Source: a virus
Direction: 5' to 3' (one strand)
DNA length: 64,000 bases
Virus record (IMG/VR): IMGVR_UViG_3300008266_000002
Within the stretch, counting starts at the first letter, position 1; each line of letters opens with the position of its first letter. Shown in pieces: positions 1 to 9,866 of the stretch. The notes below the pieces were generated by a model that saw nothing but the letters and a program-made list of their open reading frames with translations, was not told the origin of the DNA and did not search any database. The position numbers and the translations under genes are program-made.

Positions 1-2
1 AT

Positions 3-746
3 GTATTCTTAGACAATGAGGATCTTTATAGTAGAGTAGCTATACAAGCATTCAAACTAAAAGGAATGTCGGCTAAGAAGAACGATGAGAACTATGTCAA
101 GAAGGTTAGACCTGAGATGAGACAAAGAGCAAAAGGTATTGCACTTGCAATTCCATACGGTGCTGGTGCATGGCAGATCAGTCAATCTCTTGGAATCAAG
201 ATAGAAGAAGCTCAGAAACTAATTGACGGTTATCTTGAAGGATTTCCTGAGTTAGCCAAGTGGATGAGTGATACACATCTTAGAGTTCAAAGCTTTGGTT
301 ATATTAAAAACAAAACTGGACGTATTCGACATCTAGACAGAGTGAAAGCAATCTACGAAAAGTTTGAAGACAACTTACTAGAGCCAAAGGCATTTGGAGC
401 TATGAAGAGAATGTGTAAAGATCCAGATCAGTTACAAAAGATCATGCAACTGAGAATGGAGTATAAGAATGGTTTGAATAATAGTAAAAACTTTCAGATC
501 CAGTCACTAGCCGCTTCTATTATGAATCGATCTGCAATTGCAATCCACAAAGAGTTTAAAGAAAAGAATTTAGATGCCTATATCATGCTACAGATTCATG
601 ACGAGTTTGTTGTAAACTCTAATGCAGACATCGCTGATGAAGTTGCTCAGATTGTAAAGTATCATATGGAGAACACTGTACAGATTCCGACTGGATTAGT
701 AGCTGAGCCGAACATCGCATTAAATTTCGGCGAAGGTCACGTTTAA
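3..746 (+). CDS. polA: DNA polymerase family A, C-terminal part (5' truncated by window)
   Basis: Frame open from position 3; motif B RQRAKGIALAIPYG, GRIRHL, NFQIQS and motif C QIHDE. Confidence 0.95.
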   Translation, partial: VFLDNEDLYSRVAIQAFKLKGMSAKKNDENYVKKVRPEMRQRAKGIALAIPYGAGAWQISQSLGIKIEEAQKLIDGYLEGFPELAKWMSDTHLRVQSFGYIKNKTGRIRHLDRVKAIYEKFEDNLLEPKAFGAMKRMCKDPDQLQKIMQLRMEYKNGLNNSKNFQIQSLAASIMNRSAIAIHKEFKEKNLDAYIMLQIHDEFVVNSNADIADEVAQIVKYHMENTVQIPTGLVAEPNIALNFGEGHV

Positions 747-768
747 TTAAAATTGCATATATTTATAT

Positions 769-1255
769 AAGACCTTAGGGCAAACAACGGTTACATTATT
801 TATTAAACATTAAACCATCTTAGGAGGTACATTTATGAAAACACTAAATGAATTTGACATTCTATTCAGAAACCTATTCGATCGCGAATCATACTTCGCA
901 CCCTTTCGTGAAACACGAAGCCCCCATCCAGTAGACATCTATGAGACAGCAGAAGGACTTTTTTTCGAAGTAGCTTGTACAGGTCTCACAAAGGATGATG
1001 TCGAGATAGACATTGAGCACGATATTCTTCGTATCGCTTACAACAGAAAAGTAGATGAACAGTTGGATCGCACCTATCAAGTGAGAGGTATTGCGAGAAG
1101 ATCGTTTGATCTTGCTTACAAGGTTACATCTAGATTCAATCTAACAAATGCACAAGCAACAATGGAAAATGGCTTGTTGGTAATCAAAGTACCAGCAATA
1201 ATTGATGCTGTGTCTAAAAAGTTATTTATTGCTTAAAAGTTTGCTCTAAGGTCTT
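769..1255. repeat. 17-bp inverted repeat enclosing the hsp20 gene
   Basis: aagaccttagggcaaac (769-785) vs gtttgctctaaggtctt (1239-1255): 16/17 complementary, the mismatch is a G-U pair. Confidence 0.85.
835..1236 (+). CDS. Small heat-shock protein (Hsp20/alpha-crystallin)
   Basis: PVDIYE...EVACTGL..DDVEI; RGIARRSF; A.MENGLLVIKVP. Confidence 0.93.
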   Translation: MKTLNEFDILFRNLFDRESYFAPFRETRSPHPVDIYETAEGLFFEVACTGLTKDDVEIDIEHDILRIAYNRKVDEQLDRTYQVRGIARRSFDLAYKVTSRFNLTNAQATMENGLLVIKVPAIIDAVSKKLFIA

Positions 1256-1286
1256 TTTTTCTTATATTATAAAAAACAGTTACATT

Positions 1287-1583
1287 ATGAATGACATTTT
1301 TCAACCAATCGGTGACAGGCTGATATGCAAACCTGTCGAACAAGACGAAATAAGCTCTGGTGGAATTATTTTACCAGAACTTGATGATCAAAAAACTTTA
1401 AAAGCTGAAGTAGTAGCAGCTGGTCCTGGATTTTGGGCAGCGCCTGATTTATTTATCCAAACCACTTTAAAACCTGGAGACATTATTGTATTCCAACGAT
1501 TTGCAGCTCAGGTAATGGAGTATGATGGAGAAGATTATCAGATTGTTCAAGAGCGTGATGTTTTATCTAAAATCAAAAACTAG
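1287..1583 (+). CDS. groES: Co-chaperonin GroES
   Basis: PIGDRL, SSGGIILP mobile loop, VVAAGPG, ERDVL. Confidence 0.95.
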   Translation: MNDIFQPIGDRLICKPVEQDEISSGGIILPELDDQKTLKAEVVAAGPGFWAAPDLFIQTTLKPGDIIVFQRFAAQVMEYDGEDYQIVQERDVLSKIKN

Positions 1584-1585
1584 TT

Positions 1586-3217
1586 ATGAGCAAAACAAAA
1601 AATTTAACTTTTAGTTCGGAAGCACGTGAAAAAGTGCGTAGCGGTGTTAACAAATTGGCATCAGCAGTTCAAGCAACTTTGGGTCCTTGTGGGCGTAATG
1701 TTCTAATTGAAAAGGAGCACGGAGCACCAGTAATTACAAAGGACGGTGTATCAGTTGCAAGAGAAATTTATCTCAAAGATCCAGTTGAAAATATTGGAGC
1801 ACAAGCCATTAAAGAAGTATCGATGAAAGCTGCAAAGTTAGCTGGTGATGGTACAACTACAGCTACTGTATTGGCAAGTTACATGTACAATGAAGGTTTC
1901 AAAGCTATTAACGCAGGAGTCAATCCAGTTGAGTTAAAAAGAGGTATGGATAAAGCTACAACAGCAATTATTGATAACCTACGTAGCTTCAGTCGCGATG
2001 TAAAGACTAATGATGAGATCCGACAAGTAGCAACCATCTCAGCAAACAATGATGCTAGTATTGGAGCGCTTATTGCAGAAGCAATGGAGAGTGTTGGTAA
2101 GAATGGAGTGATCCAAGTTGATGAGTCTAAGACTTCAGAAACCACATTGGAGATTGTTGAAGGTATGCAAATTGATAGAGGATTTGTTTCTCCATACTTT
2201 GCTACAAACAACTCTACAATGACTACCACTTTAGAGAATCCATACATCTTAATCTACGACAGAAAAATTAGTAGCATTAAAGAAATTCTGCCACTATTAG
2301 AGACTTGTAGTAAACAAAACAAACCACTACTTGTTGTAGCAGATGACGTTGATGGAGAGGCACTTGCAGCTATGGTATTAAATAAGGCAAGAGGCATTCT
2401 TCAAGTAGCTGCTATCAAAGCACCTGGATATGGTGATCGTAAGATTCACAATCTAGAAGACATTGCTATTCTTACTGGAGGTACTGTGATTGCAACTCAA
2501 AAAGCAATGAAGTTAGAGAAGCTAACAATTGAAATGCTTGGTACAGCTCGTAGTGTAGTAGTATCTCAAAACGAGACTATTATTGTTGATGGTGCTGGAG
2601 ACAGTGAAGCAATCAAAACCAGAATTGAAGAGATCAAATCTCTCTATGAGAAAGCTGAGTCAGATTATGAAAAGCAATTCTTAAAAGAGCGTATGAGTAA
2701 ACTTATTGGAGGTGTAGCTGTATTAAACATTGGAGCTGCTACTGAGATTGAGTTACGAGAAAAAAAGGATAGAGTGGATGACGCTCTACATGCTACAAGA
2801 GCTGCTGTTGAAGAAGGAATCGTTCCTGGTGGTGGTGTAGCTTTATTAGGTGTTAGTGCTATTCCAGTTGAGTGTGAAAACGAAGATCAACAACTTGGTG
2901 TTAACATTGTTAAGAAGGCTTGCTTTGCACCATTCAAAGCTATTGTAGAGAATGCTGGTAAGAGTGCTGAAGCAATTAAGGCACAATTGGATGCTATTGA
3001 AAAGGAGAATCCAACAGCTGACATCTTTGGTTATGATGCACGTAACGATAAGTTTGTTGTTATGAATGATGCTGGTATTATCGATCCAACCAAAGTAACT
3101 CGTACAGCTTTAGAACTTGCTACCTCTGTTGCAGGCACATTGCTAACTACTGAGTGTATTATTAGTATTGATCCCGAAAGTAATAAGGAGGATAAGACTC
3201 CTAACTACGGCTACTAA
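1586..3217 (+). CDS. groEL: Chaperonin GroEL
   Basis: TLGP.GRNV, ITKDGVSVA, AGDGTTTATVLA, GIVPGGG, GIIDPTKV; no GGM tail. Confidence 0.98.
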   Translation: MSKTKNLTFSSEAREKVRSGVNKLASAVQATLGPCGRNVLIEKEHGAPVITKDGVSVAREIYLKDPVENIGAQAIKEVSMKAAKLAGDGTTTATVLASYMYNEGFKAINAGVNPVELKRGMDKATTAIIDNLRSFSRDVKTNDEIRQVATISANNDASIGALIAEAMESVGKNGVIQVDESKTSETTLEIVEGMQIDRGFVSPYFATNNSTMTTTLENPYILIYDRKISSIKEILPLLETCSKQNKPLLVVADDVDGEALAAMVLNKARGILQVAAIKAPGYGDRKIHNLEDIAILTGGTVIATQKAMKLEKLTIEMLGTARSVVVSQNETIIVDGAGDSEAIKTRIEEIKSLYEKAESDYEKQFLKERMSKLIGGVAVLNIGAATEIELREKKDRVDDALHATRAAVEEGIVPGGGVALLGVSAIPVECENEDQQLGVNIVKKACFAPFKAIVENAGKSAEAIKAQLDAIEKENPTADIFGYDARNDKFVVMNDAGIIDPTKVTRTALELATSVAGTLLTTECIISIDPESNKEDKTPNYGY

Positions 3218-3231
3218 ACATTATTTAACAT

Positions 3232-3258
3232 GAGGGTGGCTTAACAGTCACCCTCTTT
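3232..3258 (+). terminator. Intrinsic terminator after groEL
   Basis: gagggtggct/agtcaccctc stem followed by T-rich tract. Confidence 0.75.
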
Positions 3259-3270
3259 ATTTTTACTATT

Positions 3271-3489
3271 ATGCAAAATCAACTACAAGGATTAGACTTT
3301 TCGGATGCTGAAACCTATGTGTGTGAGAACTGTGGTCACGATCACTTTGAAGTGACATACCTTATTAAGAGGTTCTCTGCACTTATTTCACCAACTGGTC
3401 AAGAGATGTTAACACCTATACAGGCCTTCGCATGTAAGGAGTGTGGTCATATCAACAAGGATTTTTTACCAGAAAATGAAACACTATAA
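3271..3489 (+). CDS. Small zinc-ribbon protein
   Basis: CENCG...CKECG. Confidence 0.7.
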   Translation: MQNQLQGLDFSDAETYVCENCGHDHFEVTYLIKRFSALISPTGQEMLTPIQAFACKECGHINKDFLPENETL

Positions 3490-3492
3490 GTG

Positions 3493-3523
3493 TTGCATAA
3501 GTGATCAGTTATTTGTATCTTTA
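3493..3523 (+). promoter_or_regulatory. Bacteroidota-type promoter (TTG-N20-TATCTTTA)
   Basis: Same motif and spacing as ~20 other intergenic copies. Confidence 0.6.
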
Positions 3524-3527
3524 GGTT

Positions 3528-4418
3528 ATGGCAAACAAAACAATATCATATTCACAATTTACTCTCTATGCAAATTGTCCAAGACGTTGGAAGCTGGATT
3601 ATTTGGATGGATTGAGAACCTATGAGCAGAACATAAATACCTGCTTCGGATCAGCATTTCATAAGACTTTGCAACATTATTTGGAAGTAATGTATACAAA
3701 GACAATTAAGGAGGCTGATTATATAGATCTTGGTGCTTACCTAAAGCAAGCAATGTTTGATGAATATAAGGAGTCTCTAGCTAAAAATGGGAACAAACAC
3801 TATAGCACTCCACAAGAGCTTGGGGAATTTTATCTAGATGGTGAAGCTATTCTCAAATACTTCAAAAGACATAGGTCAGCTTACTTTCAATCTAAACAAC
3901 ATACGTTAGTTGGTATAGAGATACCTCTCAGCTTATCAGTAACGGAAAAAGTAACCTTTAATGGTTTTATTGATCTTGTTATCAAGGATGAGCGTGATGG
4001 TCGTATAAAGATATACGACATCAAGACGAGTACTCAAGGTTGGAACAAATATCAAAAAGCTGATCTTACCAAGACGGCTCAGTTAGTTTTGTACAAGGAA
4101 TTTTATGCAAAGCAGTTTAATATTGATCCAGAAATGATTGATGTTGAATATATTATTGTGAGACGTAAGATTGCTGAAGATACAGAGTTCCCTATGAAAC
4201 GTATTCAAACCTTTGTTCCTGCAAGTGGTAAACCAACAAGAAACAAAGTGAGTAGAATGTTGATGGAGTTTATTGATAATTGCTTTACAGATAGTGGTAC
4301 ATATAACATCGCTGGTAACTTTCCAGCAATTACCTCTTCAGCTTGCAACTACTGTCCATACAAGAACGAGGAAGCATTATGTCCTAAAAAAGACCGAATC
4401 AAAAAAGAAAAAGAATGA
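3528..4418 (+). CDS. PD-(D/E)xK (RecB/Cas4-like) exonuclease
   Basis: ISYSQ..CP, FGSAFH, GFIDLV..IYDIKT, QLVLY, C-terminal CNYC...C. Confidence 0.88.
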   Translation: MANKTISYSQFTLYANCPRRWKLDYLDGLRTYEQNINTCFGSAFHKTLQHYLEVMYTKTIKEADYIDLGAYLKQAMFDEYKESLAKNGNKHYSTPQELGEFYLDGEAILKYFKRHRSAYFQSKQHTLVGIEIPLSLSVTEKVTFNGFIDLVIKDERDGRIKIYDIKTSTQGWNKYQKADLTKTAQLVLYKEFYAKQFNIDPEMIDVEYIIVRRKIAEDTEFPMKRIQTFVPASGKPTRNKVSRMLMEFIDNCFTDSGTYNIAGNFPAITSSACNYCPYKNEEALCPKKDRIKKEKE

Positions 4419-4879
4419 GTAAGTTTTTGGATGTGTCGATGCAGAGAATTAACACACTTAATCCAAAATTAATTCCTTCTGCAACAAGAGTAATGGAAAA
4501 ATGTCGTCAAGACAAAATTCCCGTATACATTGTGTGGGGAAGTCGTACTTTTGATCAACAAGACTTACTATTTAGATTTGGAAGGACAATTCCAGGCTCA
4601 ATACAAACAATACACCGATCAGGTTTTAGTGCTCATAACTACGGGTTAGCATTAGATTTTTGTTTGTTGTTTGGTAATAGTCTAATGAGCTGGGAAGATG
4701 TATATCCGAGAGATTATTGGCGTAACAAGTGGTTGCGAGTTGTGAGGTATTTTGAAGAAGAGGGTTGGGAAGCTGGATGGAGATGGCCATCATTTGAACC
4801 AGGCCATGTTCAAAATTTAATGGATAATAAACTAATTGATCTATATGGACAAGCTAACATTGGGAATGACAGGTTCTAA
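4415..4879 (+). CDS. M15 family peptidoglycan peptidase (L-Ala-D-Glu type)
   Basis: R..QQD.L...GRT, SAHNYGLALD, EPGHVQ. Confidence 0.88.
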   Translation: MSKFLDVSMQRINTLNPKLIPSATRVMEKCRQDKIPVYIVWGSRTFDQQDLLFRFGRTIPGSIQTIHRSGFSAHNYGLALDFCLLFGNSLMSWEDVYPRDYWRNKWLRVVRYFEEEGWEAGWRWPSFEPGHVQNLMDNKLIDLYGQANIGNDRF

Positions 4880-5258
4880 AACATTTGAAAACAAGATCAA
4901 GATCAAAAACTTTATCCATAAACTAAGAGAAAACTTTGAAGGAGAGATAACGATAGTTGGATTAGGTGATCAGTATGGTGCAGATAAGTATATTAAAAAG
5001 TATGCTCTTGAGTTGGGTTACACCTACAAAGAGATGAACCCACCACATACTAACCAGAATCTTTACAGCTTAATGTCTGAGAACTTCTATAGCAAACCTT
5101 ATAGTGCCAAGAACCTCTTTACAAACTCAAAGATATTTTGTTCCTATGTTGATAAGTGTGTGTTATTTGACGATACCAATATTGCAGATAAGAAAATACA
5201 CAATGTGATAAAACAGCTTACGAGATTGAAAAAAAAGGCGATCATTCTAACTCCGTGA
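4845..5258 (+). CDS. SLOG-superfamily (YspA/DUF2493-like) protein
   Basis: GMTGSK..., IVGLG..GADK...YA.ELG pattern. Confidence 0.55.
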   Translation: MDKLTLGMTGSKTFENKIKIKNFIHKLRENFEGEITIVGLGDQYGADKYIKKYALELGYTYKEMNPPHTNQNLYSLMSENFYSKPYSAKNLFTNSKIFCSYVDKCVLFDDTNIADKKIHNVIKQLTRLKKKAIILTP

Positions 5259-5269
5259 TATTTATATAC

Positions 5270-5668
5270 ATGAACAAGTTTAAAAAACAATTAGCGGAGT
5301 TGGCTTGGTATATGCATAAGCAATGTGGTGCAAACGTGCATCCCTACCCTGCAGTCAAACTAAACAATCAACCGCAGACTGGCGAAGATATTTTCAGTAA
5401 CACTGGATACTATGATCCACAAAACAAGACCATAGTATTGTTTACATACGGAAGACATCCAAAGGATATACTAAGAAGTTTTGCACATGAAATGATACAT
5501 CACGATCAAAACCTTAGTGGAGAATTGACAATGGAAAAAGTTGGTGAGGGTGGTAATGATCCAAAGTACGCACAGAACAATAAACATTTACGAAGTCTTG
5601 AGGAAGATGCCTATCAAAGAGGTAACATGATGTTTCGAGACTGGACAGACAGCAAAAAATATAAATAA
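5270..5668 (+). CDS. HExxH zincin-like protein
   Basis: TGYYDP...ILRSFAHEMIHH...EEDAY; preceded by TATTTATA. Confidence 0.65.
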   Translation: MNKFKKQLAELAWYMHKQCGANVHPYPAVKLNNQPQTGEDIFSNTGYYDPQNKTIVLFTYGRHPKDILRSFAHEMIHHDQNLSGELTMEKVGEGGNDPKYAQNNKHLRSLEEDAYQRGNMMFRDWTDSKKYK

Positions 5669-5669
5669 C

Positions 5670-6584
5670 ATGATTTTAAAATTAGGTTCACAAGGTCCAG
5701 AAGTTGTAGCATTACAAACTTATTTAAACTTAACTGCTGATGGTTCATTTGGACCAAAAACAGAAGCGGCAGTAAAACAATGGCAGAGTGCGAATGGTCT
5801 AGTACCAGATGGTGTAGTAGGTCCTAAAACAATAGCCATTATGGGTCTTATTGATACAGACAAGCAAGCTGTACCAGCTTTAGACTTGAAAAAGTACTTC
5901 ATGCCAGTTGGTGAGTATATTGCAGGTCCTACCGACAAAGACTGGATTTTCTTACATCACACAGCAGGTTGGCAGAGTCCATATCAGACAATCGATGGAT
6001 GGAAGGCTGATGCAAGAGGACCAGTAGGTACCGAGTTTGTATTAGGTGGTCAGTCTGTCAAAGGCAATGACAACACGTTTGATGGTGAACTAGTACAAGC
6101 CTTTCCACAAGGTGGATATGGATGGCACCTAAGTATTGGTAATAATGAAATGCATCGCAACTCAGTTGGTATTGAAGTGTGTAACTTTGGATATGTTACT
6201 AAAGGTGGCTTCCAAAATGGAAAAACATGGGCAGCAAGAGATGCTAATAAATTTTACACATACGTTGGTACAGAAGTTCATCCAGATCAAATTGTACAAC
6301 TAAAGCAGGCTTTTAGAGGTCATACTCACTGGCACAAGTACTCTGAGAAGCAAATTGAAAAACTGAAGTTGTGGATTCAGTGGGTGGCAGATAGAGATGA
6401 TATTGATCCAAGAAAAGGGCTTGTGGAGTTAATTCATAAGGTGGGTGCTAATAAGGCTTTTGATACCTGTGATCCAAAAATGTGCGCAGCACAGAAGGGT
6501 CTTTGGTTACATACAAATGTAGTATTAGGAAAAGTGGATTTGTTTCCACAAGAGGATGTTGTTGAAATGCTTTTATCTTTATAA
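5670..6584 (+). CDS. N-acetylmuramoyl-L-alanine amidase (Amidase_2) with N-terminal peptidoglycan-binding domain
   Basis: LKLGSQG..V..LQ, DG.FGPKT..AVKQWQ..GL..DG.VGP; FLHHTAG, SVGIEVCN, LHT...KVD. Confidence 0.88.
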   Translation: MILKLGSQGPEVVALQTYLNLTADGSFGPKTEAAVKQWQSANGLVPDGVVGPKTIAIMGLIDTDKQAVPALDLKKYFMPVGEYIAGPTDKDWIFLHHTAGWQSPYQTIDGWKADARGPVGTEFVLGGQSVKGNDNTFDGELVQAFPQGGYGWHLSIGNNEMHRNSVGIEVCNFGYVTKGGFQNGKTWAARDANKFYTYVGTEVHPDQIVQLKQAFRGHTHWHKYSEKQIEKLKLWIQWVADRDDIDPRKGLVELIHKVGANKAFDTCDPKMCAAQKGLWLHTNVVLGKVDLFPQEDVVEMLLSL

Positions 6585-6595
6585 ACACATAAACA

Positions 6596-7003
6596 ATGAG
6601 TATATCAAAACTAATTAGTGAGCAAATACGTAAAGTCCTTTCCGAAGATGTGTACCAACAGATGACTGGTAAGGTGGATGATCATGAGGTAGAAATGTCT
6701 ATTACCGATCTTAGATCAATAGCTCATAGGGCAGCTGCATTAGCAGACCACTTAGAAAAAGGAGGACATCAGGAACTTGAAGGATGGATTCAAGCCAAGA
6801 TTACAAAAGCTGCTGATTATATTGGAGCTGTATACGATAACTATATGTTCTCTCCCGATCACGAGTGTAACACTTGTGGTGGTGGATTAAACGAAGAAAA
6901 AAGCACTTGTTGTGGTAAATGCGGACACTATCACGTTAAAGGAACCTCATGTCCAAAACCATACCTAACAGGCAAAAGACATTGCAGAAATAGACCAAGA
7001 TAA
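6596..7003 (+). CDS. Hypothetical protein with shared helical leader (LISEQIRKVLSE) and Cys/His-rich tail
   Basis: Leader resembles those at 45-60 kb; LEGWIQAKITKAADY. Confidence 0.6.
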   Translation: MSISKLISEQIRKVLSEDVYQQMTGKVDDHEVEMSITDLRSIAHRAAALADHLEKGGHQELEGWIQAKITKAADYIGAVYDNYMFSPDHECNTCGGGLNEEKSTCCGKCGHYHVKGTSCPKPYLTGKRHCRNRPR

Positions 7004-7054
7004 TTTGGCAATATCAATAAAAAAAGTTATATTCAAGTTACAACAAATTTATTT

Positions 7055-8554
7055 ATGGAAGGTTATATTAAAAAACAAGATCGAAAGACTATTCTGTTCC
7101 TTGCTGATGACATGAGATTGCCATCTGGAATTGGAACAATGACAAGAGAGTTGATTGTAGGTAACGCCCATCGTTACAACTTCATCCATGTAGGAGGAGC
7201 AATCAACCATCCAGAGATGGGAAAAATCCTAGACCTTAGCGATGACATTAACAAGCAGGTTGGTATTAATGATGCCAATGTGATTATCTATCCATATAAT
7301 GGATATGGTGATCCTGATTTGATAAGATTGTTACTAGAGCGTCATCCAATTGATGCAATCGTACATTTTACAGATCCAAGATACTGGATTTGGTTATATA
7401 GAATGTCAGCTGAGATCAGACAAAGAGTACCAATATTCTATTATCATATTTGGGATGACCTACCAGCACCTCATTACAACAGACCTTATTATGAGTCTTG
7501 TGATTTGCTGATGGGCATCAGTAAACAATCTGACAACATTGCTAGAATGGTTCTAGGTGAAGGTAATTATGTAAACCTAGATAATGATCCGCCAGCAGAG
7601 CTTATTAGTAAAACTATCCCAAAAACATGCTTTGTACCTCACGGAATCGATCACAATACGTTTTTTCCAATTGAAAAGACAGATGATCGTGTGAGAGCAA
7701 TGCGTAAGCAGTTATTTGGAGATGCTGATCCTGAGTTTGTACTATTCTACAATAATAGAAACATACGTCGTAAAATGACCTCAGATGCAATATTAGCATT
7801 TAAGAAGTTTTATGATAAGGTTAAGAAGCAATCAAAAGAGAGAGGTGATGTACGTCTGCCAGATTGTCGATTTGTTCTACATACACAAAGAGCTGATGAG
7901 AATGGTACTGATCTTCCAGCAGTGATTAATGTCGTATGTCCAGAGTTAGTTGATAAGATTATCATTACAGACTCAAGACTATCACCACAAGATTTGAATG
8001 CTCTGTATAATTCATGTGATGTTGTTATTAATATTGCATCTAATGAAGGATGGGGATTGAGCAGTACTGAAGGTCTTATGACTGGTCGTGTGTTGATTAA
8101 CAATGTTACTGGAGGATTGCAAGATCAATGTCGCTTTGAGGATGATAATGGCAACTGGATCAAGTTTGATGAAAAATTTGCAACTAATCATGGTGGCAAG
8201 TATCGCAAACATGGTGTATGGGTCAAACCAGTATTTCCGGCTGCTATCAACTTACAAGGATCACTTCCAACACCATATATTTTTGACGACCGTTGCGATG
8301 TGAGAGATGTTGCTAATGCAATCATGGAATGGTACGAAATCCCAGCAGAAGATCGTAAGGTTTGTGGATTAGCTGGTCGTGAATGGGCTTGTTCAGAGGA
8401 AGCTAGTATGACAGCTGAAAAGATGTCATTAAAATTTTCACAGGCTATGAATAAAGTTCTTGATAATTGGGTTGCTCCTAAGCGATTTAATTTGTATAGT
8501 GTGAAAGAGCAGGTAAATAAATTTAAAAACAAAAAATCAGGAATAAGCTTCTAA
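7055..8554 (+). CDS. Glycosyltransferase, GT-B/GT4-like
   Basis: NRNIRRK, LYNSCDV.INIASNEGWGLS..E. Confidence 0.9.
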   Translation: MEGYIKKQDRKTILFLADDMRLPSGIGTMTRELIVGNAHRYNFIHVGGAINHPEMGKILDLSDDINKQVGINDANVIIYPYNGYGDPDLIRLLLERHPIDAIVHFTDPRYWIWLYRMSAEIRQRVPIFYYHIWDDLPAPHYNRPYYESCDLLMGISKQSDNIARMVLGEGNYVNLDNDPPAELISKTIPKTCFVPHGIDHNTFFPIEKTDDRVRAMRKQLFGDADPEFVLFYNNRNIRRKMTSDAILAFKKFYDKVKKQSKERGDVRLPDCRFVLHTQRADENGTDLPAVINVVCPELVDKIIITDSRLSPQDLNALYNSCDVVINIASNEGWGLSSTEGLMTGRVLINNVTGGLQDQCRFEDDNGNWIKFDEKFATNHGGKYRKHGVWVKPVFPAAINLQGSLPTPYIFDDRCDVRDVANAIMEWYEIPAEDRKVCGLAGREWACSEEASMTAEKMSLKFSQAMNKVLDNWVAPKRFNLYSVKEQVNKFKNKKSGISF

Positions 8555-8555
8555 T

Positions 8556-9866
8556 ATGAGTAAACCAGTTTTATTACTAATGGCACCAGTAGCCACAGTT
8601 TCAGGCTACGGAGCAAGATCGAGAGACATTGCAATCTCTCTAATCAAATCAGGAAGATATGACATAAAAATCTGGAACACGCGTTGGGGTAACACTCCAA
8701 TGAATGCTCTCGATCCCACTAACGAGAATCATAAGATGATTTTTGATTGTCTGTTGACTGAGCCCAATCTAAATACTCAACCAGAGGTATTCGTACAGAT
8801 AACCGTACCAAATGAGTTTCAGAGATTGGGTAAGTTTAATATAGGAATCACTGCAGGAATTGAAACAACAATTGCAGCAGCACCTTGGATTGAAGGCTGT
8901 AATAGGATGGATTTAGTGTTGACATCATCCGAGCATTCAAAAAATGTATTAGCGCATTCAGAATGGATTAAGCATGATCAACAAACTAAACAACCAGTTG
9001 AACAGATTAAACTCATAAGACCAATTGAGGTATTGTTTGAAGGTGTTGATTTGGAGACTTATTTTCCAGCTAAAACAATTCACAAAACGATAGCAGACGA
9101 ACTTAAAGGCGTAAAAGAAGATTTTGCTTTCTTGTTTGTAGGACATTGGTTGCAAGGTGATTTTGGTGAGGATAGAAAAAATGTATCTGGTTTGATCAGA
9201 GCTTTCCTAGAAGCCTTCAAGAACAAAGCTCCTCAAAATCAACCAGCGTTAATATTAAAAACATCTTCTGCTGACTTTAGTGCATTGGATCGTGAAGAGA
9301 TAATTCATAAAATAAGTCAAGTGATTAATTCGGTTAACAGTACTAGATTACCAAACATTTATTTACTACATGGTGACCTGACAGATGAAGAAATGAATTC
9401 CCTCTATAACCACCCAAAGGTAAAAGCTCATATTACGTTCACTAAAGGAGAAGGTTATGGAAGACCACTTGCAGAAGCATCATTATCAGGTAAGCCTATT
9501 ATTGCCACTAACTGGTCGGGTCATATAGACTTCTTGTCAGATGCAATCCTATTACCTGGTCAGCTAACAAACGTACATCCATCAGCAGCTTGGCAAGATG
9601 TGTTACTTCAAGAAGCACAATGGATGACTGTAGATTATGGATATGGTGCTAGTATGATGCGTTCAGTGTTTGAGGGATATAAGGACGTAGCACCAATGGG
9701 TAAGAAGCAAGCTAATAACATAAAGAAAAACTTCAGCTTAGACGCTATGAATACGAAATTAATGGAGTATCTTGATAAGTACGTACCAGAGTTTCCAAAA
9801 CAAGTGGCTCTGAAACTACCACAACTTAAAAAAATTGAATTATCAAAATTAACAAAAACAACATGA
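8556..9866 (+). CDS. Glycosyltransferase, GT-B/GT4-like
   Basis: SGYG..SR, RKN, TKGEGYGRPLAEA, IIATNWSGHIDF. Confidence 0.9.
   Translation: MSKPVLLLMAPVATVSGYGARSRDIAISLIKSGRYDIKIWNTRWGNTPMNALDPTNENHKMIFDCLLTEPNLNTQPEVFVQITVPNEFQRLGKFNIGITAGIETTIAAAPWIEGCNRMDLVLTSSEHSKNVLAHSEWIKHDQQTKQPVEQIKLIRPIEVLFEGVDLETYFPAKTIHKTIADELKGVKEDFAFLFVGHWLQGDFGEDRKNVSGLIRAFLEAFKNKAPQNQPALILKTSSADFSALDREEIIHKISQVINSVNSTRLPNIYLLHGDLTDEEMNSLYNHPKVKAHITFTKGEGYGRPLAEASLSGKPIIATNWSGHIDFLSDAILLPGQLTNVHPSAAWQDVLLQEAQWMTVDYGYGASMMRSVFEGYKDVAPMGKKQANNIKKNFSLDAMNTKLMEYLDKYVPEFPKQVALKLPQLKKIELSKLTKTT

Noticed and set aside
3528-4418. Cas4-like nuclease as part of a CRISPR system
   Set aside because: No cas genes or repeat-spacer array nearby; stand-alone PD-(D/E)xK exonucleases are common in phages
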